This document shows, one piece after another, positions 22,900-38,100 of a stretch of 64,000 nt of DNA (position 1 is its first letter; each line of letters begins with the position of its first letter). The position numbers and the translations under genes are program-made. Location: assembly GCA_043228905.1 (NCBI GenBank), contig JBHGNT010000003.1, positions 744,001-808,000 of the forward strand, read 5' to 3'. The notes beneath the pieces are model-generated. The model saw only the letters and a list, made by a program, of their open reading frames with translations. It was not told the origin of the DNA and ran no database searches. This DNA is from Azolla caroliniana (Eukaryota > Plantae > Polypodiophyta).

Positions 22900-25500
22900 C
22901 CTTGATAATTGACGAAACACACTCATAATACTTTCAACCGATTTGCAAAGTTATACATTATCATAAATGTGTCAACGGCCACAATAAAAACAAAAGAATA
23001 GTAAATTCTTGTATTGATTATTGTATACCATAGTATGTGTACCATACTCGCGTAGATACATATAATGCCTAATGCCTAATACATATGCATATCAAATGTT
23101 GTATAGACAACAAACATGCATTTATAAATGCATACCCATAATTAGGATGCGAATATATGTTCTTAAATATAGAAGAACACTTTGAAGATTGTGCATTACC
23201 ATACATGATAACTTGCTTTATGTTTCAATAATGTTTATTGCTACTGACTTGAATATCGAGATTCAAAATTTAAGAAGTGCATCTAATCAACAAGCTTGGG
23301 CCACTGGAGGGCTTATGCTTTTCTAGTTATAAAAAGGTGTACTATATGTATCACACATTGCCCATCTTGGCAATAGTATCGATCTTCTTTCCGTTTTTTA
23401 ATATAATTCGTCGTTTATATGCCAAAAAAGAAGAAGATTCAACCTTGACATGTGGATAAAACTTCAAAGTTGAACAAAAGTCCAATTATACAATTGCTGA
23501 ACATTCCTTCCGCTAGCTTTATTTGACTTATTGACAAATTTGTGAGTTGTTTTCACGAGTTTTTCGAAGGCAAGAGTTGATTATTCTTACGTACATCAAT
23601 CTCCACTTTTTTTTACCATTAGTATAGTGTGTTTTTGGTAGAAAACAAGTGTCCTTGGACGCAATTAATGTAACAGATATTTTTTTGCAAGATTCAAGAT
23701 GATATTTGCTAGGAAACCATCTAGTTACATAAGTTAAGTCTTTTCGTTAGGTCTTCATCTCAAACTTTTTCGAGTTCCTTAATACAAGATGAGGTCAAAA
23801 ACATTGAGAAAATACACACTCCATGAAAGTTTGATTAATTAGGTTCCAAAATTAATAGGTCATTGCTATATCTATCACAATATCATGTCCCTTTGGTTTC
23901 GTATTAATTAATATTGTTTTTGTATTACTTAATATTCATATGAAAATATTCGCATCATGTACTGGAAATATAGTATTGGGATTTACATTGGATTTAAGAA
24001 AAAAAAATATTGACCTTTTGTGACAATTGCTAAGTTCATCAACTTATTTTTTCAAAACGAAGAGAGAAGAGATGATAAAAAACCATATAAATCATAGGTT
24101 AATAGAAACTTTCCTACGTAATCAAGGATGGGTTGATAATTTGAGTGAGTGATATTTTTAAATGTAGAGTGAAACAAGAAAGAAAATTTGGGTTACATAT
24201 TTTAATCAACATTTCTTTGTTTTCAAAGCTAAATAGTGATTTCTCGGTAATTATTGGAATTGATGCATATAAATTTCGAGAGTCGACAAGCAAAGTGCAT
24301 TGTCTTAAGGGCAAGTTGGACTGACACCTAGGTAAAAGGTGAAAATACATATAGATCAATACACACAAGGGGATGAGGGATATAGATAAATACACGAGGG
24401 GAGTCACCCACTTGTTTTGTAGCGGAATGAATATGTGTCATGACATCTCTTTGTCATCTTGAATCATTGTTCAAGTTTGGCATTATAAGATTGCGCATAT
24501 AAATAAGTGCTCTCCACTATTTCCTCATCCCATGATATTACACATGCCATGTTTCAACATGTATTTTGCTCTCGGATCAAGTTTAATCAAGGCTTAGGAG
24601 CATTGATTCTTAATGGGACGTTTTGAGTGATTAATATTGGTATTTGATTATTAACATACAAAAGGAAATGTAGTACACTCAAGTGTACAATTACTCGATA
24701 TTTGTCCTAAAACCATTAAAGTTCTTTACTTCGGACGATGGGAAGTTTTGAGCATTTGTCGTTGTTCAAATCTCCCGTGAATACTACATACAAATATATT
24801 GTATATCGTCAACCAAGAGACAAGTTGTCCTAAAAACTACATGAAAACTCTAAACTTATTGTGTCCATGGTCTTCTATTTAGTGATGACAAGTATTTTGA
24901 TGTCCATGAACTAATAAAAAAAACTTGGGTTTTCGGTTGTATAAATCTAAGTGCGTATGGATACTTTTTTTCAACTAAGTTAACTCTGGAACTAAAGCAC
25001 TTTTACCTAAGTACTTTGGGAGTAGATAAGAACAATGAAAGATCTAAGAAGACCACGATACTCTAGTGTGGGTTGGTTGATAAAGCGAGAATAGAACACA
25101 TGTTATTTTTATTTTAGTTTATGTGTACCTTTGTGACAAGACGAGTGTTATGCATCAAGAACACTATTTATCATCCACCAATATCATTTGGATCCTTCCT
25201 ACCACTTGGCTTCGTGAAGAATATGCAACATGGCATTACTATTGATTAACCCTACTCTAAATAGTATGACTTATGGCGATGAATATTCTCGGCTTATTGC
25301 CGAGATATGTGGCACTAAGTCTAGAAACTTGCACGCTATACAAAAAGACAACGTTTGCCTCACATTGTGCCCTCTACAAGATTGAATCTTACATCATGAA
25401 CTACATAAAAATAAATTTGATCTCATTACAATGTGTTGGCTCGCATACAAATGCATCATTAGCTTCCATTGAAAGACAATTTAATCCAACCCAAACTTGA
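22900..25500 (-). pseudogene. Highly decayed Ty3/gypsy-like pol remnant
   Basis: Only faint RT-like words on the minus strand (FMDIKILV resembling the YxDD region near 24900; a possible FLG linker near 24710). Boundaries approximate. Confidence 0.25.
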
Positions 25501-26104
25501 GCTAACTAGACTTTATATGATCAGTGTAAATACTAGTTCTTTATCATGTTGATTGATTGTATGCATCCATCTACCCTAATTATTAACGTCTTCTAGCGTC
25601 ATTCTAAGACAAATACAGTGAAACATGTTGCATAACACAACGTGGTGCATGCAATGCCTTGCCTGTTTCTAACAAGCATACATAAATAAGTACGCATCAA
25701 GGCCTATGCATTGGGCCGGAATATCGTAGACGGGGCATGGCCCACTTCCAGTAATCGAAGGTAAAAAAAAAAGCATTAGAAGCAAAGAACAATGAGCTGA
25801 GTCCAGATGTGGGTCCAAGAGCATAGGCATAGGCGACGTGGTACTCATGATTGTTTAGAAAATTTTACATGGACAAGAAGACAGGACTCAAGGATATAGG
25901 ATTAAATCAAGAAATAGATCGTATCCATGGATGGGGTTTATATGTGATGATTGTGTAGTAAAATCAAAATGGTCAACATGTATGTATATATGTATGTATG
26001 TGAAAAGGAAAGGACTTGATAATATAGGCTTTTAGGTTGGTACCAACCCAATTAGAAGTCTTTATTCACTCTCCACAAATAACCTAGTTAAGCTCAAACT
26101 GAAA

Positions 26105-26489
26105 CCTCTCTCTCTCTCTCTCTCTCTATTTATATGTACATATGTGTAATTATTTTCATCAACAATCTAATTAATATTATTGAATAATGAAATTGACCTG
26201 CTATGATATTTTTGCTTACAATTTTTATTTAATTAATATTGTACAAAAATTAATTACTTCATTACTATTTATTCTGTCTATATATATTATTTATTTAATT
26301 TGATCCTCTCTCTCTCTCTCTCTCTATTTATATGTACATATGTGTAATTATTTTCATCAACAATCTAAGTAATGTTATTGAATAATGAAATTGAGCTAGT
26401 ATGATCAATTTTTATTTAATTAATATTGTACAAAAATTAATTATTTCATTACTATTTATTCTGTCTATATATATTATTTATTTAATTTG

Positions 26490-26526
<37 letters not shown>
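26105..26526. repeat. Tandem duplication of a ~195 bp AT-rich unit bounded by (CT)n
   Basis: tatttatatgtacatatgtgtaattattttcatcaacaatc... at ~26127 and ~26325. Confidence 0.9.
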
Positions 26527-26532
<6 letters not shown>

Positions 26533-26555
26533 CTCCCTCTTTCTCTATAATTGCC

Positions 26556-26565
26556 ATATAAATAT
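26556..26565 (+). promoter_or_regulatory. Candidate TATA box of the MIR169 transcript
   Basis: catataaata after a CT-rich tract, ~500 bp upstream of the hairpin. Confidence 0.4.
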
Positions 26566-27059
26566 AGGTGTATGGCTCCTTCTTTATCATACATGATATA
26601 CTTTACCTGCCTTTTAATCCATCATTAACCACCTAAAACCCATCTCTAATTAGTAGTCTTCCTCACTAATCTCCTCACTGATCCCTAATTTTCAAGAACT
26701 TAATTATGTTGATAGTTAGCATGCATTGTGCTCATATTTTCCTATATTCACAATTAGGTCTTCAACCCAATTAGTTAAACGGTTCTCTGCAGTTAATCTC
26801 TCCCCTGGCCTCCTTATGCACTTTACTATCTATCAATTAGTATGTAATTACTCCAATTAGACTGTATATTTCAGCACCCCTTCTATGTCTAGCTAGAATG
26901 ATTACAGCCATTGAATAACTATCCCCGACAGTATATATATACACACAGAGATGAATTAGTTTCCTTATAATATTAGCTGGTTATGTTGAGGCGTGGGTGG
27001 AGATGAAGAATTTGATGATTAAATTAAGTATCAATGGTTAGCTGAGAAGTTAATGCAGA

Positions 27060-27397
27060 CCATGAAATGCAGCCAAGGATGACTTGCCGGATTACATATT
27101 AGATACACACATATATATACATGTAATCAGTCTTGATTAATGATCACACTCACATATATATGTAGGTAGTTTAAATGAATGATTCTGTGTATAGTTCACA
27201 CTATTGATCCTATACACGTATATAATTTGACCAGATTAATTACCTGTATATGCATAATCTAAATCTAAATTATCCTCTAATAATATATGCTCAAATTAGC
27301 TGTTTAATTTGCTCCCTACTGAACTAATTATAAAAAGCAGCAATGATATTATATCTTCTTTCTTACCGGCAAGTTAGACCCTGGCTATACATCATGA
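27060..27397 (+). ncRNA. MIR169: MIR169 precursor hairpin
   Basis: Mature CAGCCAAGGAUGACUUGCCGG at 27070-27090 matches the canonical miR169b/c sequence. Star arm ccggcaaguu-agacc-cuggcua at 27366-27387. Lower stem caug(a)/(u)caug. Confidence 0.93.
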
Positions 27398-28659
27398 TCC
27401 CCTTCACTTCTAAGCTTTAGCCCTTGATGATCAGTCAATTTCAACATACAAAATGCATATGAAATCTCTGTGTCCAATCTTTTATTTTATTTTATTTTGT
27501 TATTTTTTCTTGTGATTTTGCAGATTGCCATGTCTGCTACTAACTAATCATGGGCGAATCAGTTAATCAGAGTTTGTTAAGTATATTATAGTGATTTATT
27601 CCACGAGTGCAGGCGAGATTAATACTATATACATTAAATCAAATCAAGTGTTTACAGTAATCGCGAGTTTAATTTGACAAGACCGAATCAATACTATTCT
27701 GCTACATAATACGAGAATTTAATAGGTTACACCACACAAGCCCTAATTTTGAAGTACTTGCCTTTTTGCTATTTTTATTTATCTGTGTGTTTTGATTTCC
27801 TGGTTACAATAATAGCGATTTGGTAAAACTACGTCGCAGTAAACAGTCTGATCTGTTTTTTCTTTTTAAATTCTTTTTGTTTTTTTGTTTTGGTCATCTA
27901 GTTGCTACTAGTACTGATTTGGTCGAGAATTCAATGTTAAGTTCAAAGGCACTAATGTATACAGTTATATGATCCAATTGACTGATTTTATTGAATTACT
28001 AGACTTGATTTGATTGTCTGTAGCAGGATGAAGAAATCAATCCGTGAGAATGATGATTGATGATGATGGGATGGGATTGAATAAGAATTGAATGCATTTA
28101 TATCTGTGTATCTACTACACATAATCCATCATATGCATTATGTGCTCGTGCAGAAACTGAACTGAACTGAACTGAACTGAACTGAACAGATCAACAAACT
28201 AGAAGGTTTCTGATCGGATGTTGCTTTCTCAATCGAAAAGTACAGAGAGACAAGCAGTCCAAGAAAAAGGAAAAGGGAAAAAATAATAATCTTCTGATCG
28301 AATTTGCAGACTTTTAGTGTGAAAAGAGGGAAAATGACAGAGGGGGGAAGACATAAAAGGCAAGATTTAATACCCAATTAAACAGAGAGAGTACAGTCCA
28401 AAACAGAAGGATTTAAATCCTAAATTTTTATTATTGATTGATTTGATTTTCTGTCTGTGAAATCGCATCCCCCCAAAACATTCGAACCCCGAGTCCCAAC
28501 AGGATTAAATTGTTTTTTTATTAAATTATGACAGCAAATACAATTTAAATCTACGTATTCTATCCGGAAAAAATTAAAACTCCATAGATTTCCATCTGCC
28601 CGATAAATTAGAAACAACCTAATTACAGTAATAATAATCATAGTAATAATAATATTAAT

Positions 28660-29255
28660 AAGTTATTAAATTATTATTAACTGTTCTTAGTTTTGGGTCA
28701 TTTCCTAAAGCTTAGTCCTGAAGTGTTTTGGGTTCCTCAAGTAATTGTGAGAAATTAGAATAACATAAATTATTGTTATATTATTAAATTTTTATTAACT
28801 GTTATTAGGTTTGGGTCATTTCCTAAAGCTTAGTCCTGAAGTGTTTTGGGTTCCTCAAGTACATAATTGTGAGAAATTAGAATAACATGAATTATTGTTA
28901 TATTATTACTAATAATATTATTATTAAGTGTCATTAGGTTTTGGGTCATTTGCTAAAGCTTAGTCCTGAAGTGTTTTTTGGTTCATCAAGTAATTGTGAG
29001 AATAACATGAATTATTGTTATATTATTACTAATAATATTATTATTAAGTGTCATTAGGTTTTGGGTCATTTGCTAAAGCTTAGTCCTGAAGTGTTTTTTG
29101 GTTCATCAAGTAATTGTGAGAATAACATGAATTATTCTCATTATTAATTTATTATTACTAATAATAATATTATTAACTTGTTATTAGGTTTTTGGGCCAT
29201 TTCCTAAATCTTAAGTGTTTTTGGTTGTTCCTCTAGTAATTGTGAGAATAACATG
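28660..29255. repeat. Tandem repeat, ~115-130 bp unit, about 5 copies
   Basis: ttaggttttgggtcattt(c/g)ctaaagcttagtcctgaagtgtttt...caagtaattgtgagaa repeated at ~28687, 28805, 28934, 29054, 29184. Confidence 0.92.
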
Positions 29256-31399
29256 TCTAGTAGGTTAAAGTATATGGACTTATACAAAAGATTGGTGTGA
29301 TCATAATGTAACTTATAAATATCATAATGTAACTTATAAATATCATAAGATAAATGAGATACTAGAGGGATTATACACGAAAGAGACCACATACCCTCAT
29401 AAAATATAGTTAACCTCTCGGTTTAATGCTCAAACAAAGTGCACTATGCCTGTTGTTGGGCATTCGATCGATCACTTATGCATGCTTCATGTCTCTATAT
29501 GTATATACTTGTCTTAGGTTAATCCATGCCTCCATATATAATTGTCTCGAGACATGAAAAGAAGAAAAGTAGTGGAAGGGATATTCACTCACATGGTTCT
29601 TACAAGAGTGTCTTGAGGATTGGCTCGTGACACAAAGTGGTAAATTATAAGGGAATATGACATGGTACACGTAGGTTCAATCTATACCCTATGAAGCTCT
29701 TTGGGATTATCTATGCTCCACATATGAAACCTCATGCTTAGGCATATATTGCATGAGCACTCAACAATGTGGTCGATAGACTTGTTTGTATGAAAGTGTA
29801 TTCTTCATGACAATATTACAATTTCAACCTTCATTATTGCATGTTGCCTAGTCATAATACTATAGACATTTGGTTAACTGCAAACAGTCTTTGATCTCGG
29901 GGCAAAAGCGTGCACTTAACCAAGCTATGCACTTACGGTTTTTTATGTGTTTATTTGAAAAAATATGTTTCTCTCTACAGCTTTGAAAGTACAACACCCA
30001 GAACCACTTCAGTAATTGCTCCATGATTATAATCAGATCCCCACAACCATAGAACATAATATTCGCTTTCTTCTACTCAAACATTTGTTTTTATAAGTTT
30101 GAAATTTTTTCTCACTTTTTCACCTTTAGTAAATAATGAATACAAAAGTATTGTATTTAACATACTCGAATGTGAATGCATATATCGTTCATACTATGCC
30201 CACAACCACGCTAATAGCTTCCACAATAGTGATCAACCACTCTAATTGCTCCCATATTGTTGTTTGAATCGCATCAAGATTATATCTCCAGGTATGAAGG
30301 TTTTTACTTATTGTAAAGCATGTACATATTCTCTGTATATAATTGTGAACATAAATTTTAAAATGTAATAGTAGTTTCTAAACATTGAGATTGTAAATTG
30401 AACAAACTTATGTTTCTTTTCAAACAGTAGGCAAATGGCATTACATGATTTTGGTATGCAATAGAGAAAGACCTAGAAATCTTACTGTTGTTGATGATAT
30501 TGTTGTTTTTGAGTGTTTGGGACATCGTTTCAATTTGGTTTGATGTACTTTTGTCATCAAATAAATGTAAGTTTTTTTATCTAGATTTTGGTCTCCATAG
30601 AAAGCACACTTAAATGGGCACACACTTAACCGAATGTTTACTATACATATGTATATGGAGGTGCAAAATATATGGAGATATTGTGGTCGTGTGAAAAATG
30701 TCATTTACATTTAGTGTTTATATCTACATGTGGTCACATGTACTATTGTAGGTATAATATACTGACCTAGTCATAATATATGGAGGTGCAAAATACATGG
30801 AGAGATTGTGGATGTGTGAAAAATGTCATTTACATTTAGTGTTTATATCTACATCCACTCATTGTTCATGTGTATTATCACGCATATATTATACTTCCAA
30901 CCTGATGCGGTTCGCGTGTATTATAAAGTCTATAATATACTTCCAGTTCCAACATTCATCATGTCACCCAATCATAACATATTGAGATAATATCATGTTG
31001 TGAAAAGTGTCATTTATATTTTGTGTTTATATCTACCATGCCCACTCATGTTTATTATCATGCCTTTAATAAAAATTTCAATTGTGATGGGTTGTGACTC
31101 TGTGAGGTGTGTTATACTTGAATAAAGGGCACATTTTGATAAGAATTTGGCAAATGAATGCTAAGAATGTTGGTGTTAGAATTGCACACAGATGTGCATT
31201 ATTTGTTCATTGGAAAATGAATTGATCAAAGTTGGAATTCATTAATAAATTGTGATGCATTTTTTATATCATACAATGGTGTATGAACCGTACAATACAT
31301 AATATTAATAAATTAGATTGTAACAAATCATTTTTATCTTTATCATACTTTGCAAAATCATGCATTACGTTGATATCATTATCTCATAAATCCAAATCA

Positions 31400-34000
31400 A
31401 TGAAGAGATTCAATCCACTACCTCTATTATCAAGATCATAGTCATTGTCCCATGTATATTCATCTTCTTGACCCTCATATTCTTTGACTATTTAGGTGAA
31501 TTTCCTACTTGCTCTTTGAACGTCCAAGCCTTGATTGTAACATTTTCGTCGTTCAATAAACTCATTGACAATTTGATTGTTGGGAAATATGTGTTATATT
31601 GCCAACATTACCATGGTTGCGAAGTTGTGTAAGAACATTTGTTTACATGACTCATATACCATATCACAATGAGATGGGAATATGTATATTGTGTTTTCGT
31701 ATGAACCTATTCAAAAACTTTGTAGAGTCAATTGACATGAATCGAGTCCATATTAATTACACGCCCCTTACTCTTTGAACAATTGCACAATAATAATGAT
31801 AAACTTCAAAGATGCACAATTCTTACTTTATAATGTTTCGCAACAACATATTGCCATAGAACTACACCGATTTACCTTTTGCAACTTCAAGTGCCGATCA
31901 TCTACTATCCTAGTGCATGATAATAAGGTAATCTCTAGCTCAACTAGCGAGATATGTTGATATAGTCATTAATGATTAATCTAGGACCTGAATCAATGTA
32001 GTTTTGTGTTAATGCTCATACCTTGGGTTATGTCTCCATGATGAAAAACATCTACTTTGTATCATATATCACCTTTTTATCCGCTATGTGAAGACCAAGG
32101 TCATGTGATTCACTTGTGGCTCGTGACTATGATTAATCTTAAGAAATGTATCCCGATTCCCTAATCAAACATTCATTAAACCGATAACTTATTTGATGTG
32201 TTTCTTTCAAGGATTTATTAAACCATAAATTGACTCATAAATTTAAGTAATGATTATTTCCTTACTCATAATTTGATCCATGGTTGAAAGTACATCAAAT
32301 TGAAATGTCTGAATATATTCAAGACAACCATTAGTCTTGTGTGAATTACTATGGTGTAATTTCAAACCATATTATGATTTCTCTCAACCTAGGCTTCAAC
32401 TAAGCTTTGGTGAAAATGCTACTTATTTGAGACTAACATTGCGTTTATTGTCAATTGGTTTCATAAGGAAGATTGGACAACTAAAACTACATCTGTAAAT
32501 AATATACAAGTTAGTTTGGGACCATTTTTATTTGACAAGAGCGTGAGCGCTCATGAAAGCTACCTCATTGTCAAGTTCACAAGTTCTAAGAGTCAAACGC
32601 CTAGGCTTTGTCGACAAACAAAACAATGGGGTAGCGAATCACCAGGGTGTAGGCAACACGACCGTCGATTGTAGACTCGCCATACCAAAACTCAAATATA
32701 CCCCCCGAGACTCTTTTGTTCTTCTTTCTTTCTTCTTTTGGTCTTCACACCCTATCTACAATTCTTAGCCAACTCATGCCATTTGAATGATTCAAGTCAT
32801 AATGTTGAATTTGATATAACAACTAACTCGGGGTTTTTTAACTACACAGTACACTTGTCCTTGTGTTTTCCTTGTATATTTTTGAAATGTGTAATTTTGC
32901 CATTTTAATGTTTCATTTTTTTGACCTATTGTAATACGAAGGAAACTGTAGCAACAATTGTACTTGAAACACATTCACAAAACTCTAGAATATATTCTAT
33001 CATGGATCTATAGGTGGTTTTGTTTGAGAGAGGAAATGCTTCAACATCAACTTCCTCCACTCCCATCACCATTAAGGAATCATTCATAGAAACATCTTCC
33101 ACGAAAACATCTTCCACGAAAGTAGGTTTGAATGCATAATCAATTCCATAGATCTCGTTGCGCTAACTATGGTAAAATACCTCTCATTATGTAAAAAGGA
33201 AAGTTTGTTTCAAACAATTGAATACAACATCACATTAGCACCTAGGGAGGATACAAGCCAACTATAAGGTTTGAACCAATCCCACTTTCTTCTTGCCCTC
33301 ACTCCGATGACCCTAGCCAAGCCAAACTGCACTACAACTCAAACATTGTATCTCAACCTCCCTTTCAATTGGCCAATACTCCCATAACTACCACACATGC
33401 CAATCATTGATGAGGATCCAATAGCTACATCCATATAACTAATTTTAACATCCAATTCATGATTTGCATGCTCTAGCTACTATGCATCCTCATCAATGGC
33501 CCTACATTCAACGCACCTAATTATTGTAAATGCAATTGTCCTTGCACAATAAGGATAATGGCATTCTTCACCAACTCAAGCATCGATATAGTTAATCTTA
33601 ATGTCAAACCAATGATTTGCGTACCCCGGATACTACGATCATCCTCAATGTCGACCCAACATTCAAGATACCTAATTAAGGACACCTCAATTTAATAGCT
33701 TTCAACCTAAATCTCAAGCCCACGCGGTATCAATTCATTGGCCTTTGGTTTTATGCTCATGTCTTCCCCAATAGAGATATCATTGTGACTTTGAAACCAA
33801 GGTCAATATTGGGGTTTGTTCGCCTATATGCAAATGGAGACACCCTTTGTCACTCACCCCTCACATTATTGCTTTATCAAGTCTTTATGCTAACAATGCT
33901 GAATCCGGCCTCTCATGGTTCGATGATGCACTTAAAGGGTTAAAAACCTAATTATACCTGTGAATGACATAATTATTGGCTTTGGTGCCCAAATGATCAC
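31400..34000 (-). pseudogene. Highly decayed LTR-retrotransposon pol remnant
   Basis: Minus-strand protease-like IDLGFKVTMIS (~33775-33808) and CNCSKSK, resembling an integrase Zn-finger (~31790). No open frame. Confidence 0.3.
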
Positions 34001-34756
34001 AATTACCCTAAACATACTATTAAGAAATATAAAGATGAAATGATAACCGTTTTACTTCTTCTTCTTCTTCACTTTCCATTTTTAGAGAGAATCTTTCTTC
34101 CTATATATGCCCATCTCAATTTAATTTTGATCGTCTTCCATGACCCCGAGCTTAAGGCTTAAGGCTTAATCATAAGCGCTTAATCTCCATCTGATCATTT
34201 TGTGAGAGTGTGGGTTGTGTAGCCCACATGTGTTAATAATAGAAATGTATATATTCTTGATTCCTTATGTTAATGTGTTTGTGAATTAAGTGATTAACTA
34301 GGCGCTGATTAAATTAAGTCTTGATAATATAGATATTTGTTACTAATCGTGTTGATAGTTAGAGCGAGGATAGGATTAGAATTTGCCCAATTGAACTGGC
34401 TATAATTATATCAATGCACTCATGAGCAATTAATAACATGCCATCAAAAGGTCATCAGTAGTTACTCCACCTCTAACCTCCCACCCAAATAAATCATAGT
34501 TCTAGAAGAAGAAGAAGAAGAAGAAGACAATGAAAAAAAACCTTCTAATTTCCCAAAAAAACTCCAAAATTACCCATATAGCTCAAAAAAGGAAAGAAGA
34601 AAAAGAGATCCTAAAACAAATTAAGAAATTGACACAATAACTTGTATGTTCCTTTTGTTCCACAATCAAGGGGCTTTTGAAGATGTGTTGAATCTAAGGG
34701 ATGATAGCGGAGAATCAGCAACCAAATTTCAGGGGGGCTACCCTATATGTATCAAA

Positions 34757-35145
34757 TCATCTTGATTACATTACTAGCATTGGATTTTCATCTTTCCTCG
34801 AATCACCTACCATCCAATATACAATCATTTGCAAATGCTTAAATTAAGCTGTAATCCATCCCAGTGAATGATAATAAATTTCTAGTTACTAATGGAAGGA
34901 TAATTTGTTTTGAAAAAAAATAAAAAAAATAAAATTCTAGTTGCATCGGGCCTTAGGAATGGAGTTTATTTAATGTATCATCTTGATTGCATTACTACCA
35001 TTGAATTTTCTTTCTTCCACAAATTTCCAATTATCCAATATACAATTTGCAGATGCTTAATAAATTAAGTTGTAGTTCATCCCCATGAATGATAATTAAC
35101 TTCTAGTTGCATCCCTTTGTCATGAATGGAGTTTATTTAATGTAG
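34757..35145. repeat. Diverged ~170 bp tandem duplication; copy 1 carries a tiny LINE-tail insertion at 34888-34934
   Basis: atcatcttgatt(a/g)cattact... at 34757 and 34977. Insert actaatggaagg..ttttg(A)n is flanked by ttctagtt. Copy 2 has a single ttctagtt at 35101. Confidence 0.82.
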
Positions 35146-38100
35146 TAAGCAAAACTCTCTTCGATCACCTAAATATACCATGAAGGCAACAATAAACATC
35201 ATTCATAAAGTTGTTTTGGAATCGAAAGATTTAAGTGATAAACAATGGCTCCACATTAAAATGGATGGACCCCATGTAACATTTGAAAAACAAGGCGAAA
35301 TGTAAATGGAACCCAAAGTACAAGGTATTTTAAAGTGGAGAGTTTAGCTTGCTCATCATCATGGTCGAGGGTTGAATTCAAATAGGCACGTTGAAGGACG
35401 GGGATCAATGTGTCATGTGAAAGTGGTGCATTATCTAAAAGTTGAACCCTGGCATAAATCTCATTTACTTAAACTTTTGCCTTTTGTGTGTGTATGATGG
35501 CATAAATCTCATTTACTTAAAACTTTTGCTTTTTGTGTGTGTGTGTGTGTGTATGATGTCTCGAGTAGGTGTGCTTGAGTGCATTATGTCTTCCATGGTC
35601 TTTTCCTTGTATATTTCCATACTCTTTTTATGGTCTTCTCATACATCTATTTTGTTCCCTACTTCCATTTAATGTGTGTTTTGTACAATTTGTCTTTTCA
35701 TGTTATTTTGAATACCTTTTATTGCTTTTTCATCAATTAACCAAGTACTTGCTTTTCTTTTCTATAAGAATGTTGTTCTACTTATTAGAGTGCTTGCATG
35801 TAATTTGTCCCACGTTGTCTTTCCTTTCTGCCTTCCAACACCTTTTTTGGGTCTTGTTATGACTCCCGATGGCTTTTTCATCCTATTTTTTTAAAGTCCA
35901 TTCTTTTTTGAGCAAGACGTCTTCGATTAAGCCTTTTTAAATGTACTATCATCTTTTCTTGCGCGTTTTCATATCCTTTGGGTTTTTTTTGTGTTTTTGA
36001 ATACTAATATCACTATTTTGGCGTATCTTTTTTTTCTAACAGTTGAGTTCTTCTATAAGATGAATTGAGTTGTGTGTTCACGTTGTGTTTTTCGTTCCCT
36101 ATCATGTTTTCTTAAGAATCTATTGATTTATATTAGATTAAGATTAGAGAAATCAATACTTGTGACCCATAACTGGTAGCATGATTCAAGTAGATCAAGT
36201 GGATTGTGGTATGCAATGTGTGTAAGATTCGTGGGTGCATTGATGTCCACAATTTTAGACTAGGTGGAGATAGATGAAATAGACAAAATTCGAGAAGAAG
36301 AATGTGCTAAACAAAAGAAATATGAACGATTAGGTAAGGAGCATAATAACGTAATGTACGATCTAACCTCCGACACCTTTATGTAGAAAAAAGATAGTTA
36401 ACCACAAGAACAATATTGCTAGACAAAAATAACTATGTATTAAAGTTAACTCTTCCTATTGTTTGTTATATGATAGCAGAAAACTTTATTTGCTTTCGTT
36501 TTGCCCCTACCCTCATAATGGCCTTTAAATATGGTTTTCCCCGTGTAACAAAGCATGCTTTAACCTTCTCATGCATTTTAAAGGCTAAGCATGTGTTGAC
36601 ACTTGGTGCACATGCTATAGCGTGCAATTTAAGAATTCCTTTTTCATTTGTTTTTTATGGACGTCTTATGATTTTTCAATATATAGTTGCTATCTTATTG
36701 GTATTTGCATTGGTTCGTATTTTGGAGGTACAAGTTGGTTCAAATCTTCTCTCAAAGTTATAATTTATATGTACAATGTTGATAAATGAAGTTAAATTAT
36801 TAATTTTGTACACATTACAATTGGTGTTCTGTCTTTGGTTTAAAGGCGGTTGATACTGTGTGTCGTATGCAATGAGACAACCTATATGTGTCACAATGCT
36901 AATGATCAATATATGTCTAACAATGTAGTAATAGTAAAGGGTCAACCTAGTATTGAAATGGTTAAGCCTTATCAATTAGCTTGAGCTTCTCTCATGCACT
37001 AATCAAATGGAGGATCATAAAACCAATATGATAATAGTAGATCTTGCTTTCAACATACATTTTTCTTTGGTGTCATGTCCAATCAAGTTGCGTTATATTA
37101 TTAGAATCTATAGACTCAACATGTTCCATTGTTCTTAAAGTTTGGTGGTCACCCAAAGAAAACCAGCGAAGTAGACACGCCCTTGCTTCAAATACTGAGT
37201 TTTAGAAGGGTATGGCACTATAGAGGTTTATAGCTATGCATTATTGTTATATCCAATCGTCTATCTTTGTCTGTTGTTGCATGGTAGTGGATATCGAGAA
37301 GTCATAAGCTAGGAAACACAATGTTGTCTTTTAGAGATATCATGGCTTGAATGTGGAAACATGGTTATGATTTCTTATAACAAGCATGTTGTGTCACTAA
37401 TTGCAATTTGAGTAGGCATTAATGATAGAGAGGATTTTGAGGATGAAGACAACGATAACTTAACACAAATGACCCAACAATAAACAAGAATATCCACAAA
37501 ATAATGATGAAGAATATGTAAGTATATATGTGTGTGTATGTATATATATATTGATATTGTGAATATGTTAACTATGACTTAAAACATGTTTTATATCAAT
37601 AACATTGATCTCACCAAAACAAAATACGAATGATGGGATATTGCATGCAAATTGGTACATAGAAACAATATCAGGTAAAGAGTAAAGGGAGAAGTATAAC
37701 TTGGATAACCATAGATGGGAACTTGAACTCACAAAGTTCATTGCATGTAAGACAATGTTGGATGTTGAAAGTCAACCATGCTATATGTTGCATTCTTGAA
37801 ACGAAGAGATGTGCAAATAATTCATAAATGGAATCCAACTATAGGTGAATGAATGGGTCACTTATGTAGCTAGTGGAGCTAAAAGGTGTACTCTTTACTT
37901 CATCAAAAGGATGGTGACATAAGGAAATTAGAAGAAAGAGGATGAGTTGAATTGTCCTTGCAACATGGGTATACTATACATAATCTAGAAACCAACTAAA
38001 AGAAAAATTACAGTGGTAGAAATAGGATAGCTAGCCCTATTTACGTACATGATTTCACTTCACTTGTTATATCCAAAATTTAGATACTACATCAGGGGCA

